This document shows positions 36,920 through 49,600 of a stretch of DNA of 64,000 nt, piece after piece (positions within the stretch are counted from its first letter, which is position 1; each line of letters begins with the position of its first letter). This DNA comes from Octopus sinensis. Lineage: Eukaryota. The position numbers and the translations under genes were made by a program. The stretch lies in contig NC_043017.1 in NCBI RefSeq assembly GCF_006345805.1, positions 25,482,001 to 25,546,000 on the forward strand, written 5' to 3'. The notes under the pieces are model-generated. The model made no database searches. It saw nothing but the letters and a program-made list of their open reading frames with translations, and was not told the origin of the DNA.

Positions 36920-38029
36920 GCTTCTTTCAGTTTCCATCTATCAAATCCACTCACAAGGCTTTGGCCGGTCCAAGGCTATAGCAGAAGACACTTCCCCAAG
37001 ATGCCATGCTCCACTTAATTGAGCAATGCAATCCTTACATCAATTTAAATGTAGAGCTATCCTCAGCTGCATAAATAAATAGAATTAACTTAAACAGTTG
37101 GACACATTTGTATAATTTTACTTAAATCTTCTAAAACAATACCGCCACCTTTGCTAAGGAGGGGGTAATGATAAGCATTAGATTCGGTAGAATAATCTGA
37201 ATGCTAAAGGGTTAAGTACACAGCATTATTTTATTCTATTCCAATGTAGAAAGTATAAGCTTCTGCAGAATCCTTATGACTCCCTTCCCTCCCCACACAC
37301 TTTACCTACATACAACATTCTGGATGCAAACAAGTGGTCTATGTCCATCTTCTCCAAAGTATCCTTCCATTTGTCTGGAAAGATCTGCGATTTTGCTTGT
37401 TTGGCCTTTGCATCTTGTTGAGGACATGACAACCCCTCCAGTGCTGGTGCCATGATAAAATACCCCCCAGCATGTTATGGTGAAGAGAAGGGCATCCAGC
37501 CATAGAAACTAAACCAAAATTGAGGAATATATGTGTGACATGATCTGTCGATCCATCATCATCATCGTTGTCATCGTCATCATCATTTAACATCCGTTTT
37601 TCCATGCTGGCATGGGTTGGACAATTGACAGAAACTGACCAGCTAAAGGGCTGTTCAGGCTCCACGTCTGTTTTGGCATGGTTTCTATGGCTGGATGCCT
37701 TTCCTAATGCCAACCACTTTAGAGAGTATACTGGGTGCTTTTATGCAGCACCAGCGTGAGTGCTTTTTACATGGCTCTAGCACCTACAAGCCCCCACGAT
37801 TAGGGATGTTTAGCCGGAGTGGGATGCAGGGGATGAGCCTGTATACAAGGACAACCATGCTTTGTACTTAGCTTGACATGTCTTTTCAAGCATAGCAAAC
37901 CACCAGGAGTTTTATTCCCCTGTCATCCCCTCTCGGAATATAGTATCTTTGAATTAGATAAGAATTGCCTTGGAGTGTAATGACCCAACCAACTCCTGCC
38001 AGCATGGAAAGCAGAGGTGAAATGAGAAT

Positions 38030-38290
38030 GATGACAATGATGGTAGTGGTGGTTTAGAGGTGATGGTTATGATGATAATTAAGGTGACGATGATTAAGTG
38101 ATGATAATGATGAAGTTGGTGGTCATGGTGGTGATTAAGCGATAATGAAGTTGGTGGTGGTGATGATGATTAAGTGATGATGATGATGAAATTGGTGGTG
38201 ATGGTGGTGATTAAGCGATGATGAAGTTGGTGGTGTTGGCGGTGGTGGTGGTAATGATGATGGTTAAGCGATTATGGTGATGAGTGATTA
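38030..38290. repeat. GAT/GGT minisatellite with gattaag(t/c)gat and gaagttggtggt anchors
   Basis: Direct reading. Confidence 0.85.
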
Positions 38291-38840
38291 GGTGAAGGCT
38301 CCTGCTTAACTCATCATAGGCCCTTCATTCCAAAAGAAAGAAAAACCAAAGAAAAGAAAACAAGTGGACATAGACACAACGCAGATGTTGCTGGCTGAGG
38401 ACAAATGGCTAGCCAACTGTTGTGGCCCTCAGAAGTCCACCACCACCACCACACCACCACCACTGCGTAGCCACTTCACCAGATGCTACAATAGGTCTTT
38501 GGAGAAAACAAATATGAAGATGAAGTAAATCTCTTATCAAGGTGAAGATTTCGAAGCGGAAGCAGAGAAGGTGGGGGGGATATTTCTTCCAGGCTAAAAA
38601 AAAAAAAAGGTAGAAGAAGGAGGGAGGGAGAGAGTGGGTGGAGGCGAGGGGTAGAAGGAGATGAAAGTGGTCTTCATATTTCCAGGAAAGTAATTTCAAT
38701 TCCACTTGAGATGTTTCACAAGAACTACTGGGAAAAAAATCGGTTTCTATCCCTGCCTCACGCCGCACACAACCATGTTTTTTTGTAAACTTCTTCACTT
38801 CTCCTCATCGCCATCACTGTAGCCACCACCACCACTACCG

Positions 38841-38871
<31 letters not shown>

Positions 38872-39304
38872 AATCATCATCATCTTCATCATCATCATCA
38901 TCATCATCAACATCACCACCATCATCTTCATCATCACCATCATCATCATCATCATCCCCCCCCCCCCCGCTGTTCTCTCCCACCCTATTCAAGTTCTAAT
39001 AAGTATGCTCTGCTCTACACCCTGTTTCATTGCCCTTAAGGGCTCAATCCACTTTAGCGCTCGTGTTTTTTTTTTTTTTGTTTGTTTGTCTGTTTTGTTT
39101 TTGTTTTTTTATCTTTGCAAAAATCACTTCAAATAGTAGTAGTGGTAGTAGTAGTAGTAGCAGCAGCAGCATTATAGTGGTGTGTTCATTTTTTTTCTCT
39201 TTTTATCTTTGTCTTGTTTCTTGTTGTCACTTCATATTATTGTTGTCTTTGATAATTTTCTTTTATTTGGAACAATGCGAAAAGAGAGACAGAAAAAGAG
39301 GAAC

Positions 39305-39430
39305 AGATATATATATATGTGTGTGTGTGTGTGTGTATATGTATATATATGTATGTATATATATATGTATATATATGTATATATATGTATGTATATATAT
39401 ATATATATGTATGTATGTATATATATGTAT

Positions 39431-39464
<34 letters not shown>

Positions 39465-39488
39465 GTATGTATATATATGTATGTATGT

Positions 39489-39520
<32 letters not shown>

Positions 39521-39800
39521 GTATATATATATATGTATGTATATATGTGTATGTATATATATGTATATGTATATATATGTATGTATGTATATATACATAT
39601 GTATATATATATATATGTATATGTATATATATGTATGTATATAAATCTATGTATATATGTATGTATATAAATCTATGTATATGTATGTATGTATATATGT
39701 ATGTATATATATGTATATGTATCTATAGATATATGCATATATATATATATATATATATGTGTGTATATCTATCTATCTATATATATATATAGAGAGAGAG
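39305..39800. repeat. TA/TG microsatellite block
   Basis: Direct reading. Confidence 0.95.
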
Positions 39801-40067
39801 AGAGAGGGTGTGTGGGGTGGGGGTTGGATGGGAGTCTTAAAAATTCATTGCCAGTGGTCATGTTCTTAAAAAGTGTGTGTGTTTTCTTTTTCCAACATTT
39901 CCACATAAATTGAAATATTTGTCTCGGTTTAGTGTTCTGTTGTTGCTGTTGTTGTTGTTGCATCATGTTGCAAAGACAAAATAAATAATAAGTAAAAGAA
40001 GGAAAATAAAAAAGAAAAGAATTTGGCAAAATTGTTGAAAAGAAAATTGAAAGAGAGCGAAATGCTA

Positions 40068-40107
<40 letters not shown>

Positions 40108-40420
40108 TAATAATAATGATAATATAATGATAATAATAATAATATAATAATGATAATAATAATAATAATATAAATGATAATAATATAATAATAATGATGA
40201 TGATGATGAAGCTAATGATAATACTACTAATAAAAATGATATTAGCAATAATACCAATCGTAATGATAATGAAGAGTAGTAGTAGTAGTAGTTATAGTAG
40301 TAGTAGTAGTAATGATAAGGCTGTAATAAATAATATAATGTTGAGGATTTCTTTTGACATGGATAATTTGAAAAATAGTGAAAGAGATGTAATTGAAAAT
40401 GTGGAAAAGAAATTAATGTC

Positions 40421-40451
<31 letters not shown>

Positions 40452-40954
40452 GTAATAATGATAATAATAATAATAATGGTAATAATAATAATAATGATAA
40501 TAATAATGGTAATAATAATAATAATGGTTTACATGCCACCAGCACGGAGGCCAGTCGGGGCGGCGCTGGTAACGGCCACGAAGCACCATCTGTTCGTGGC
40601 CGTTGCCAGCGCTGCCCCGACTGGCCTCCGTGCCGGTGGCACGTAAAAGCACCATCCGTTCGTGGCCGTTTGCCAGCTCCGTCTGGCACCTGTGCGGGTG
40701 GCACGTAAAAAGCACCCACTACACTCGCGGGGTGGTTGGTGTTAGGAAGGGCATCCAGCCGTAGAAACACTGCCAGATCAGACTGGGCCTGATGCAGCCT
40801 TCTGGCTTCACAGACCCCAGTTGAACCGTCCAACCCATGCTAGCATGGAAAACGGATGCTAAATGATGATGATGATGATGATGATGTAATAATAATAATA
40901 ATGATGATAATAATAATGATAATAATAATAATAATGATCATGATAATAATGATG

Positions 40955-40988
<34 letters not shown>

Positions 40989-41055
40989 TAATAATAATAA
41001 TAACAGCAACAACAATGATGTTGATGATGATGATGATATCAATGAGGATGATAAT
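40068..41055. repeat. (AAT)n block with a family C element (+) inserted at 40530-40880
   Basis: Direct reading. Confidence 0.9.
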
Positions 41056-41384
41056 AACTGAATGCAAACTAAAAGGAAGATGAATAATACTTGTAGCAAG
41101 TTTTCTTGCCCTCCAGATTTTCAGTTGAATAACTCTACAAGTGTGTGTTCTGCTGGTTTTCTTTTTTTTTTTTTTTTGTTGGTTTGTGTCGGTATGTGTG
41201 TGCTTGAGTGTATGTTATTAAATTCATAAATATACACACACACACACCATAGATTCTACGCATTTTTTCAGCAGAACATACTGAGCACTTCAGTGCCTGT
41301 CATGGAAACCAAAACACATACGCTATGTATGTTTGAGGTTTTGTGTGCGTGTGTGTGTGTATAATATATATATATATATATATA

Positions 41385-41600
41385 TAGTTAATCCAAACAT
41401 GAAAACACAACAACACAAGGACGTGGAACAAATATAGTATTATTGGACGCTCAGGAAAGAAGGGAAGAAGGAGGGTTTAACGTTTCGAGCAGAGCTCTTC
41501 GTCAGAAACATAGGAAAAGAAAAGATCCAGAGAAGGGAAGATGGAGGAAAAAAAAATCGCCAACGGTACACATGCAGTCACATTTTGAATTATTATTATT
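41385..41600 (-). mobile_element. short TA-anchored Penelope-like element
   Basis: Bounded by (TA)n at 41370-41387; carries a minimal hammerhead. Confidence 0.6.
41475..41509 (-). ncRNA. minimal type I hammerhead ribozyme
   Basis: Minus strand GUUU-CUGACGA-A-GAGC-UCU-GCUC-GAAA-CGUU-AAAC: 4-bp stem I, 4-bp stem II, palindromic ACGU stem III. Confidence 0.75.
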
Positions 41601-41616
41601 ATTATATATATATATA

Positions 41617-41910
41617 TGTGCAGGAGTGGCTGTGTGATAAGTAGCTTACTTACCAACCACATGGTTCTGGGTTCATTCCCACTGCATGGCACCTTGGGCA
41701 AATGTCTTCTACTATAGCCTTGGCCCGACCAAAGCCTTGTGAGTGGATTTGGTAGATGGAAACTGAAGGAAGCCCCTCGTATATATGTATATACATATAT
41801 ATATGTTTGTGTGTGTATATGTTTGTGTGTCTGTGTTTGTCTCCCCAACCATCGCTTGACAACTGATGCTGGTGTATTTTCGTCCCCGTCACTTAGTGGT
41901 TCAGCAAAAG
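41617..41910 (+). mobile_element. SINE family A, 3'-incomplete
   Basis: Head to gttcagcaaaag; followed by an inverted family A piece at 41985-42105. Confidence 0.85.
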
Positions 41911-42586
41911 GGCCAGAGGAGTCTGGCATTGACCATGATCAGATGGTGCTCTTTACTTGCCACTGACACAGTGGCTGTGTGGTTGAGACAAGGCTTTGGT
42001 TGGCCTGAGGCTATAGTAGAAGACACTTGCCCAAGGTGCCATGCAGTGGGTCTGAACCCGGAACCATGTGGTTGGTAAACAAGCTACTTACCACACAGCC
42101 ACTCCATCTTTATGTTCTGAGTTCAAGTTCCATCAGGGTTAACTTTGCCTTTCATCCTTCTGGGGTTGATAAGCTAAATACCAATTGAGCATTGGGGTTG
42201 ATGTAATCGATCCTCCCCCCCCAAAAAAAAATTGCTGGCCTTGTGCTAAAATTTGAAACCAATATTTTGATGATTTTATCGATGGTTTATATTCTGTTGT
42301 TATAATTTCAGCCTCTCACACCATATCCTACCTGCAAGGATTCGATGGACATTTACAACGAGCACATATTGGTAAGCAACATTTATTACTTGTTTTGATG
42401 TCTGTCTGTGTGTCAGTGTGTTTTTATAACCTCGCTACGTCTCTGAGACAAGTTGTGTTAATAAGATTACCAGTGTCTTGCTATTAACCTCATCTTTTAG
42501 AGATGAACCGTATTTCTTTCTTTCTTTTTTTTTCTTTCTTTTATTTGTTTTTTTTTTCTTTCTTCGTTTCAACTAATTTTCTCCAG

Positions 42587-42657
42587 TATTTCCATCTCTG
42601 ACATTACATCTCGACTGACTTCGTCTCTGATTGTCATCAAATGTCTTATCTTTGAGT
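42587..42657 (+). CDS. candidate internal exon
   Basis: Very strong acceptor (about 70-nt T/C tract, ctaat, ctccag), donor gtatgt. Only phase 2 is open (ISISDITSRLTSSLIVIKCLIFE). Confidence 0.3.
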
Positions 42658-43129
42658 GTATGTACATAACACCCGGCTAGACTCAGCAGAAGAAACTTTT
42701 ATTTCCAAACTAACACCAGCGTAATGACAGAGTATTCTCCATCCACTAAGTCACTGATGCATATACGGTTATCATAGCCACCAAATAAAATACCGTTACT
42801 CTACCGTTATAGGTATATAAACATATTCCACTACATATAGCAACACTATTTCAATACATTTGAACTACTGACTAATTACAGTTGTCGAGATATCTAAAAG
42901 ATATCAAGTGTCTCTGTACTGCTGTCAGCAGGAAAATAATTCTCTTTTTTTTACTTTTGCGTTTTTCTTATAATCCCTGATTATGTTTTATAGCATTTAT
43001 TATCGTCTTTGAGATTAGCTGATTTCATTTTTCTTATAACTCGTATCTCACCCAGCATACTATGAAAGAGAGATTGTATTTTGGTGGGGGAGATTAAAAA
43101 AAAATATATAATAATGATAATAATAAATC

Positions 43130-43935
43130 ATAGGTGTAGGAGTGGCTGTGTGGTAAGTAGCTTGCTTACGAACCACATGGTTCCGGGTTCGTTCAGTCCC
43201 ACTGCGTCGTTCAGTCCCACTGCGTAGCACCTTGGTTAAGTGTCTTCTACTATAGCCTCGGGCTGACCAAAGCCTTGTGAGTGGATTTGGTTGACAGAAA
43301 CAGAAAGAAGCCCGTCGTATATATGTATGTATATATATATATATCATCATCATCATCATCATCATTGTTTAACGTCCGCTTTCCATGCTGGCACGGGTTG
43401 GACGGTTCGACCGGGGTCTGGGAAGCCAGGAGGCTGCACCAGGCTCCAGTCTGATCTGGCACTGTTTCTACAGCTGGATGCCCTTCCTAACACCAACCAC
43501 TCCGTGAGTGTAGTGGGTGCTTTTTACGTGCCACTGGCACAGGTGCCAGGGGAGTCTGGCAGCGGCCATGATCGGTTGGTGCTTTTTACATGCCACCAGC
43601 ACAGAAGTCAGTCAAGGCAGCACTGGCATCGGCCTCGTTTGGATGGTGCTTTTTACATGCCACCGGCACAGAAGCCAGTCAAGCTGGCATATATAAATAT
43701 ATATATATGTGTGTGTGTGTATGTTTGTGTGTGTCTGTGTTTGTCCCCCCCAACATCGCTTGACAACCGATGGTGGTGTGTTTACATCCCCGTAACTTAG
43801 CGGTTCAGCAAAAGAGACCGATAGAATAAGTACTAGGCTTACAAAGAAGAAGTCCTGGGGTCGATTTTCTCGACTAAAGGCGGTGCTCCAGCATGGCCAC
43901 AGTCAAATGACTGAAACAAGTAAAAGAGTAAAGAG
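43130..43935 (+). mobile_element. SINE family A split by a family C element (-) inserted in its internal microsatellite
   Basis: A 5' half 43130-43343, C element 43345-43685, A 3' half 43690-43935. Confidence 0.9.
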
Positions 43936-44114
43936 AGAGGTGGGGGTGGTTATCTTTCTTAGTAAACTCTAATAAAAGTATTTCGACTCCCTGGTTTCAT
44001 TACTTTCTGAAGTTCCAGACAGGAGACAAAATATAAAAATAAATACTAAGATCAATTTGTTTGGCTAAAATTTTTCAAGGTGGTGCCCCAGCATGGCCAC
44101 AGTCTAATGGGATG

Positions 44115-44480
44115 GAAGCACTCTGTCGGTTACGACGACGAGGGTTCTGGTTGATCCGAATCAACAGAACAGCCTGCTCGTGAAATTAACTTGTAAGTGG
44201 CTGAGCACTTCACAGACACGTGTACCCTTAACGTAGTTCTCAGGGATATTCAGCGTGACACAGAGAGTGACAAGGCCGGCCCTTTGAAATACAGGTACAA
44301 CAGAAACAGGAAGAAAGAGTGAGAGAAAGTTGTGGTGAAAGAGTACAGCAGGGATCACCACCACCCCCTGCCGGAGCCTCGTGGAGCTTTAGGTGTTTTT
44401 GCTCAATAAACACTCACAACGCCCGGTCTGGGAATTGAAACCGCGATCCTATGACCGCGAGTCCGCTGCCCTAACCACTG
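44115..44480 (-). mobile_element. tRNA-derived SINE, family G
   Basis: Minus head agtggttagggcagcggactcgcggtc...ggtttcaattcc. Its tail recurs at 44990-45088 and its mid segment at 22740-22775. Confidence 0.75.
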
Positions 44481-45087
44481 TAACAAGTAAAAGAATGAAA
44501 AGAATAAGCACCACTGTAGCAATTACTGTAAACATTTCAACGACTGTTTTCGAAAACCATCTCAGTAATTTCTGAAAATTATCACGGAACAAGCGGTTGC
44601 AGCATGGAAGACACATTAAAACCAATTGAAAGCTCGTTGAAACATTTATTATTTGGTGTCTGTGACCAAGTCGCAGTTTGTGCGACAAATGTTTCGACAC
44701 TGAATAATAAATGTTTCAGTAAAGTCAGCAGTTTTTGTTTGTTTTTGAATGGCTAATACATGTGTGTGTCTTGCTGTGAATTATTTTAGTTTCAAGGCAT
44801 GGCCTTCGCTCAGATCTCATGCCAGACAAACATATCTCTGAAATCACATAATCATCACCCTCATCATTTTTTAACATCCATTGTCAGCGATCATTGCCAG
44901 AGTGGCTATCTGGCCTCCGTGCCGGTGGCACATAAAAGACACCATTCGAGCGTGATCGTTACCAGCATCGCCTTACCGGCACCTGTGCCGGTATCCCTGA
45001 GAACTATGTCTGTGGACTGTTCAGCCACTTGCATGTTAATTTTATGAGCAGGCTGTTCCTTTGGCCGGGATCAACTGGAACCCTTGT

Positions 45088-45251
45088 CATAGGAGTGGCT
45101 GTGTGGTAAGTAGTTTGCTTACGAACCACATAGTTCCAGGTTCAGTCCCACTGCGTGGCACCTTGGGCAAGTGTCTTCTACTATAGCCTTGAGCCGACCG
45201 AAGTGAGTGGATTTCGTAGACGGAAACTGAAAGAAGCCCATCATATATATG

Positions 45252-45310
<59 letters not shown>

Positions 45311-45540
45311 GTGTATGTGTGTGTATATGTTGGTGTGTCTGTGTTTGTCCTCCCAACATCGCTTGACAACCGATGCTGGTGTGTTTACGTCCCCGTAACT
45401 TAGTGGTTCGGCAGAAGAGACCAATAGAATAAGTACTGGGCTTACAAAGAATAAGTCCTGGGGTCGTTTTGTTTGACTAAAGGTGGTGCTCCAGCATGGC
45501 TACAGTCAAATGACTGAAACAAGTTAAAGAGTAAAGAGAG
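45088..45540 (+). mobile_element. SINE family A
   Basis: Full-length copy. Confidence 0.9.
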
Positions 45541-46304
45541 AGTATCCAACGGAATGCCAGAAGAATAAAGAGAAGTCTGTAAATTGGTGAAGTTTGTTAT
45601 ACACCTTGGGGCTGAGTAGAGTAGAACGGATGTTGAGATTCTTGATGTATTGAGCAAAGTCCTCTGTCAGAGAGAAGGAGAGAGGGAGAGAGAGATGGAG
45701 AGGGAGAGAAGTGTTCTAATGTTTATGGTATCACAGAGGATTTCTATATTCACAGCGCTACTATGGATATTCAATAATACTGCAGACAAACGTAACCACA
45801 TTTGCAAACTTTCACTAATTGCTTGGTTTTGTGGTATAATGAATGGCGTGAGAGTTGTGGAAAAGTTGGAATGTTTTTGGGGTAGTTTTTGTCAGGTGAC
45901 AAAAAAAAAAAAAGAAAGAAGGAAAGAAATGAAGAAAGACAACGAAAGAGGAAATTTGGCAAGGGAGCCATTTTTGGCTTGGCTGAAAAATGGATGATTA
46001 AAGAGAGAGTCTATTATCTGCCATGGCTGTACAAAGAAGCAAGTGAGAACCAACTTTGTGATATTAAGCCAAGGGAACCTCTATGTGGACACTTGGTGAG
46101 CTAGAAATAGCAGTCATATATACCGAACTGCTTTGAAAAAGAGGCGCTACCTTGAATATTTTTTCTTCTTTTTTCTTGATCCTTAAGGACCATAAAACCG
46201 GTTGCTATTTGCAAAGCATATAAGTGTCTGAGATCATGATATTCTTCAGTCTATTGTAGGGTTTGATGTTAGCAACCTGGCTGAATCGGCCTCTCACCCC
46301 TACA

Positions 46305-46643
46305 TTCATCATCATCATCATCGTCATCGGTTAATGTCCGTTTTCCGCGCTAGCACGGGTTGGACGGTTCGACCGGGGTCTGGGAAGCCGGGGCTGCACC
46401 AGGCTCCAGTCTGATCTGGCAGAGTTTCTACAGCTGGATGCCCTTCCTAACGCCAACCACTCTGCGAGTGTAGTGGGTGCTTTTTACGTGCCACCTGCAC
46501 AGGTGCCAGAGGGGGTCCGGCATCGGCCACGATCGGTTGGTGCTTTTAACGTGCCACCGGCACGGAAGCCAGCCAAGGTGGCGTTGGCATTGGCCACGTT
46601 CGGATAGTGCTTTTTATGTGCCACCAGCACTGGAGCCAGTCGA
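46305..46643 (-). mobile_element. SINE-like family C inserted in MITE F
   Basis: (CAT)n tail, core and two modules. Confidence 0.85.
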
Positions 46644-46776
46644 GGCTTGGCTGAAAAATGGATGATTAAAGAGAAAGTCTCATTATCACAATGTTATTCT
46701 GAAAATAAGCAACCACATCATTGAAATCTCAAAGCTACAAGATAATGCGGGATTAATTTGAAACAATGCGAATAAA

Positions 46777-46913
46777 TAGGCATAGGAGTGGCTGTGTGGT
46801 AAGTAGCTTGCTTACCAACCACATGGTTCTGGGTTCAGTCCCACTGCGTGGCACCTTGGGCAAGTGTCTTCTACTATAGCCTCGGGCCAACCAAAGCCTT
46901 TTGAGCCATCGTA

Positions 46914-46994
<81 letters not shown>

Positions 46995-47226
46995 GTATGT
47001 GCGTGTTTGTGTGTCTGTATTTGTGTCCTCCCAACATCGCTTGACAATCGATGCTGGTGTGTTTACGTCCCCGTAACTTAGCGGTTCGGCAAGCAACAAA
47101 AGAGACCGATAAAATAAGTACTAGGCTTACAAAGAATAAGTCCTGGGGTTGATTTGATCGACTAAAGGCGGTGCTCCAGCATGGCCACAGTCACATGACT
47201 GAAACAAGTAAAAGAGTAAAGAGTAA
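46777..47226 (+). mobile_element. SINE family A inserted in MITE F
   Basis: Full copy; MITE sequence resumes at 47230. Confidence 0.9.
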
Positions 47227-47269
47227 ATATGCATTACATTTGACAGAGTAATCTGAATGCTAAAGGTCT

Positions 47270-47610
47270 GGAGGTAAAGGTAAAGCCTCACTTTGGTCAT
47301 GGGATTGCACCTCTAGAGATCCCTTCCAAGATACAAGTCTGGGCAAGGTTGTTTATGGAAGACCAGCCATCGCCCATGCATACCAGCCCCCACTCTCAAC
47401 ACCACTGATGTTATCCAAGGGAGAGGAAAAGAGGCCGATACAGCCTGGCACCGGTGACGTCGCAACTCATTTCGACAGCTGAGTGAACTGGAGCCACGTG
47501 AAATAAAGTGTCTTGCTCAAGAACACAGCACACAGCCCAGTCCAGGAATCAAACTCTGTTCCTTATGATTGTGGGCTCAACACTTTAACCACTGAGCCAT
47601 GTACCATCAC
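47270..47610 (-). mobile_element. SINE family D
   Basis: Matches 1200-1540. Confidence 0.8.
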
Positions 47611-48835
47611 AGGTTAATGAAGGTCTTAACACACTATCCAGTTAAGAAATTGAGCCCATGACCCCTAAGGTTGTGAACTCAGCACTTTAACCATTAGGAC
47701 ATGTGCCTTCACACAGAATAGTATATAGATGCAGACATGGGTGCGTGGGTTAAGATGCTTGCTTAGCAAGCCACATGGTTCCAGGTTCAATCCCACTGCA
47801 TGGCGCCTTGGACAAGTCTTGTTATAGCCTTGGGTGACCAATGCCTTGGGAGGAGATTTGGGAGACAGAAAACTCTGTGTGTGTGTGTGTGTGTTGTGTG
47901 TGTTTGAACACTGCTTGATGATTGGTGTTGGTTTGTTTACACCCCTGCAAATTCGTCGTTCAGCAAAAGAGGCCAATAGAACAAGAGCCAAACATTTTCT
48001 TTTATTTCTTAAAAAAAAATTACTGGGATGGTAGTGGATGTGGCGGTGGGGTTTGACTATAGAAAACCCTTCAAGGTGGTGCTCCAGCATGGCCACATCC
48101 AGTGACTAAAACAAAGGATAAATGAGGAAAAGAGAAAAAGGGAAACAAAATTACAATTTTCCAGATAATTAAACACTTTGTTAATGAGGGAAACATCTTT
48201 ATTTTTTTTTTACTGTTTCTATTATCTATGTTACATTTCAATTGGTTGAATTCTCTAATCTTCGTTAAGCGTTCCATTATTACAAGCGTAGGTATAAATA
48301 TTACAAGAACATATATAAAATAATAATAAAAATTAAAAAAAAAATAAAATGTTTAATTTCTTATTTAAAACAAATGTAGATCAGGGGTTAATAGTGCGAA
48401 AAATTATCATCCCATTAGTAACAGCTCCTTGCAGTCGTTTAAACAGTTAATTAAAAATAAAAATAAAAAACATTATTGGGTCGATAGAGGGGAAAAGATT
48501 CATGGGTGGTGGGGCGGATATTGATGGGAGATGAGGAGGAAATTTAGGTTTAAATAGATTGGCAATGTACGATGATCAACCAAAAGTTGATGTCGATCGT
48601 ATAACACTTGTAAGGGGCCCGTGGGATATTTCATTATAAACTCAATTAATGATATCACACAGCCTTGCAGTTCACATGCTTAAGCAAAATACTTGACATC
48701 AAGTGGCTGCGAAGAGTCCGAAATGATGCAATTGAGATGACAATGGGCATCAACAATATCATCGTCGTCATCATCATTGTTTAACATCTGCTTTCCGTGC
48801 TGGCATGGGTTGGACGGTTTGACAGGAGCTGGCCA

Positions 48836-49600
48836 GGCGGCGAGCTGGCAGAAACGTTAGCACGCCGGGCGAAATGCTTAGCGGTATTTCGTTTGCTGCT
48901 ACGTTCTGAGTTCAAATTCCGCCGAGGTCGACTTTGCCTTTCATCTTTTCGGGGCCGATTAAATAAGTACCAGTTACGCACTAGGGTCGATATAATCGAC
49001 TTAATCCGTTTGTCTGCCCTTGTTTGTCCTCTCTGTGTTTGGCCCCTTGTGGGTAGTAAAGAAATAAGTATTTCGTCTGCCGTTACGTTCTGAGTTCAAA
49101 TTCCGCCGAGGTCGAGTTGCCTTTCATCCTTTCGGGGTCGATAAATAAGTACAGTTACGCACTGGGTCGAGTATAATCGACTTAATCGTTTGTTGCCCTT
49201 GTTTGTCCTTCTGTGTTGGCCCTGTGGGTAGTAAAGAAAAGTATTCGTCTGCAGTTACGTTCTGATTAAATTCGCCGAGGTCGAGTTTGCCTTTCATCCT
49301 TCGGGGTCGATAAATTAAGTACCAGTTACGCATGGGTCGATTAATAAAACATCCGTTTGTCTTTGCCCTTGTTGTCCTCTTGTGTTTAGCCCCTTGTTTG
49401 TATATAAAGAAATAGGTATTCCGTCTGCCGTTATGTTCTGAGTTCAAATTCCGCTGAGGTCGACTTTGTCTTTCATCCTTTCGGGGTTGATAAATTAAGT
49501 ACCAGTTACACACTGGGATCGATATAATCAACTTAATCTGTTTGTCTGCCCTTGTTTGTCCTCTCTGTGTTTAGCCCCTTGTGGGTAGTAAAGAAATAGG
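48836..49600 (+). mobile_element. SINE family B, tetramer, nested in a family C copy
   Basis: Units start at 48885, 49069, 49242 and 49417; flanked by ggagctgg(c/t)ca direct repeats. Confidence 0.9.

Noticed and set aside
49090-49400. High density of single-base deletions in the middle units of the SINE B tetramer
   Set aside because: The pattern suggests unpolished long-read indel errors rather than biology; the unit number here should also be verified.
8119-49600. CRISPR-like or satellite interpretation of the regularly spaced repeats (SINE B units, 169-bp array)
   Set aside because: Eukaryotic context, no unique spacers and no cas genes; the units are retroposon segments.
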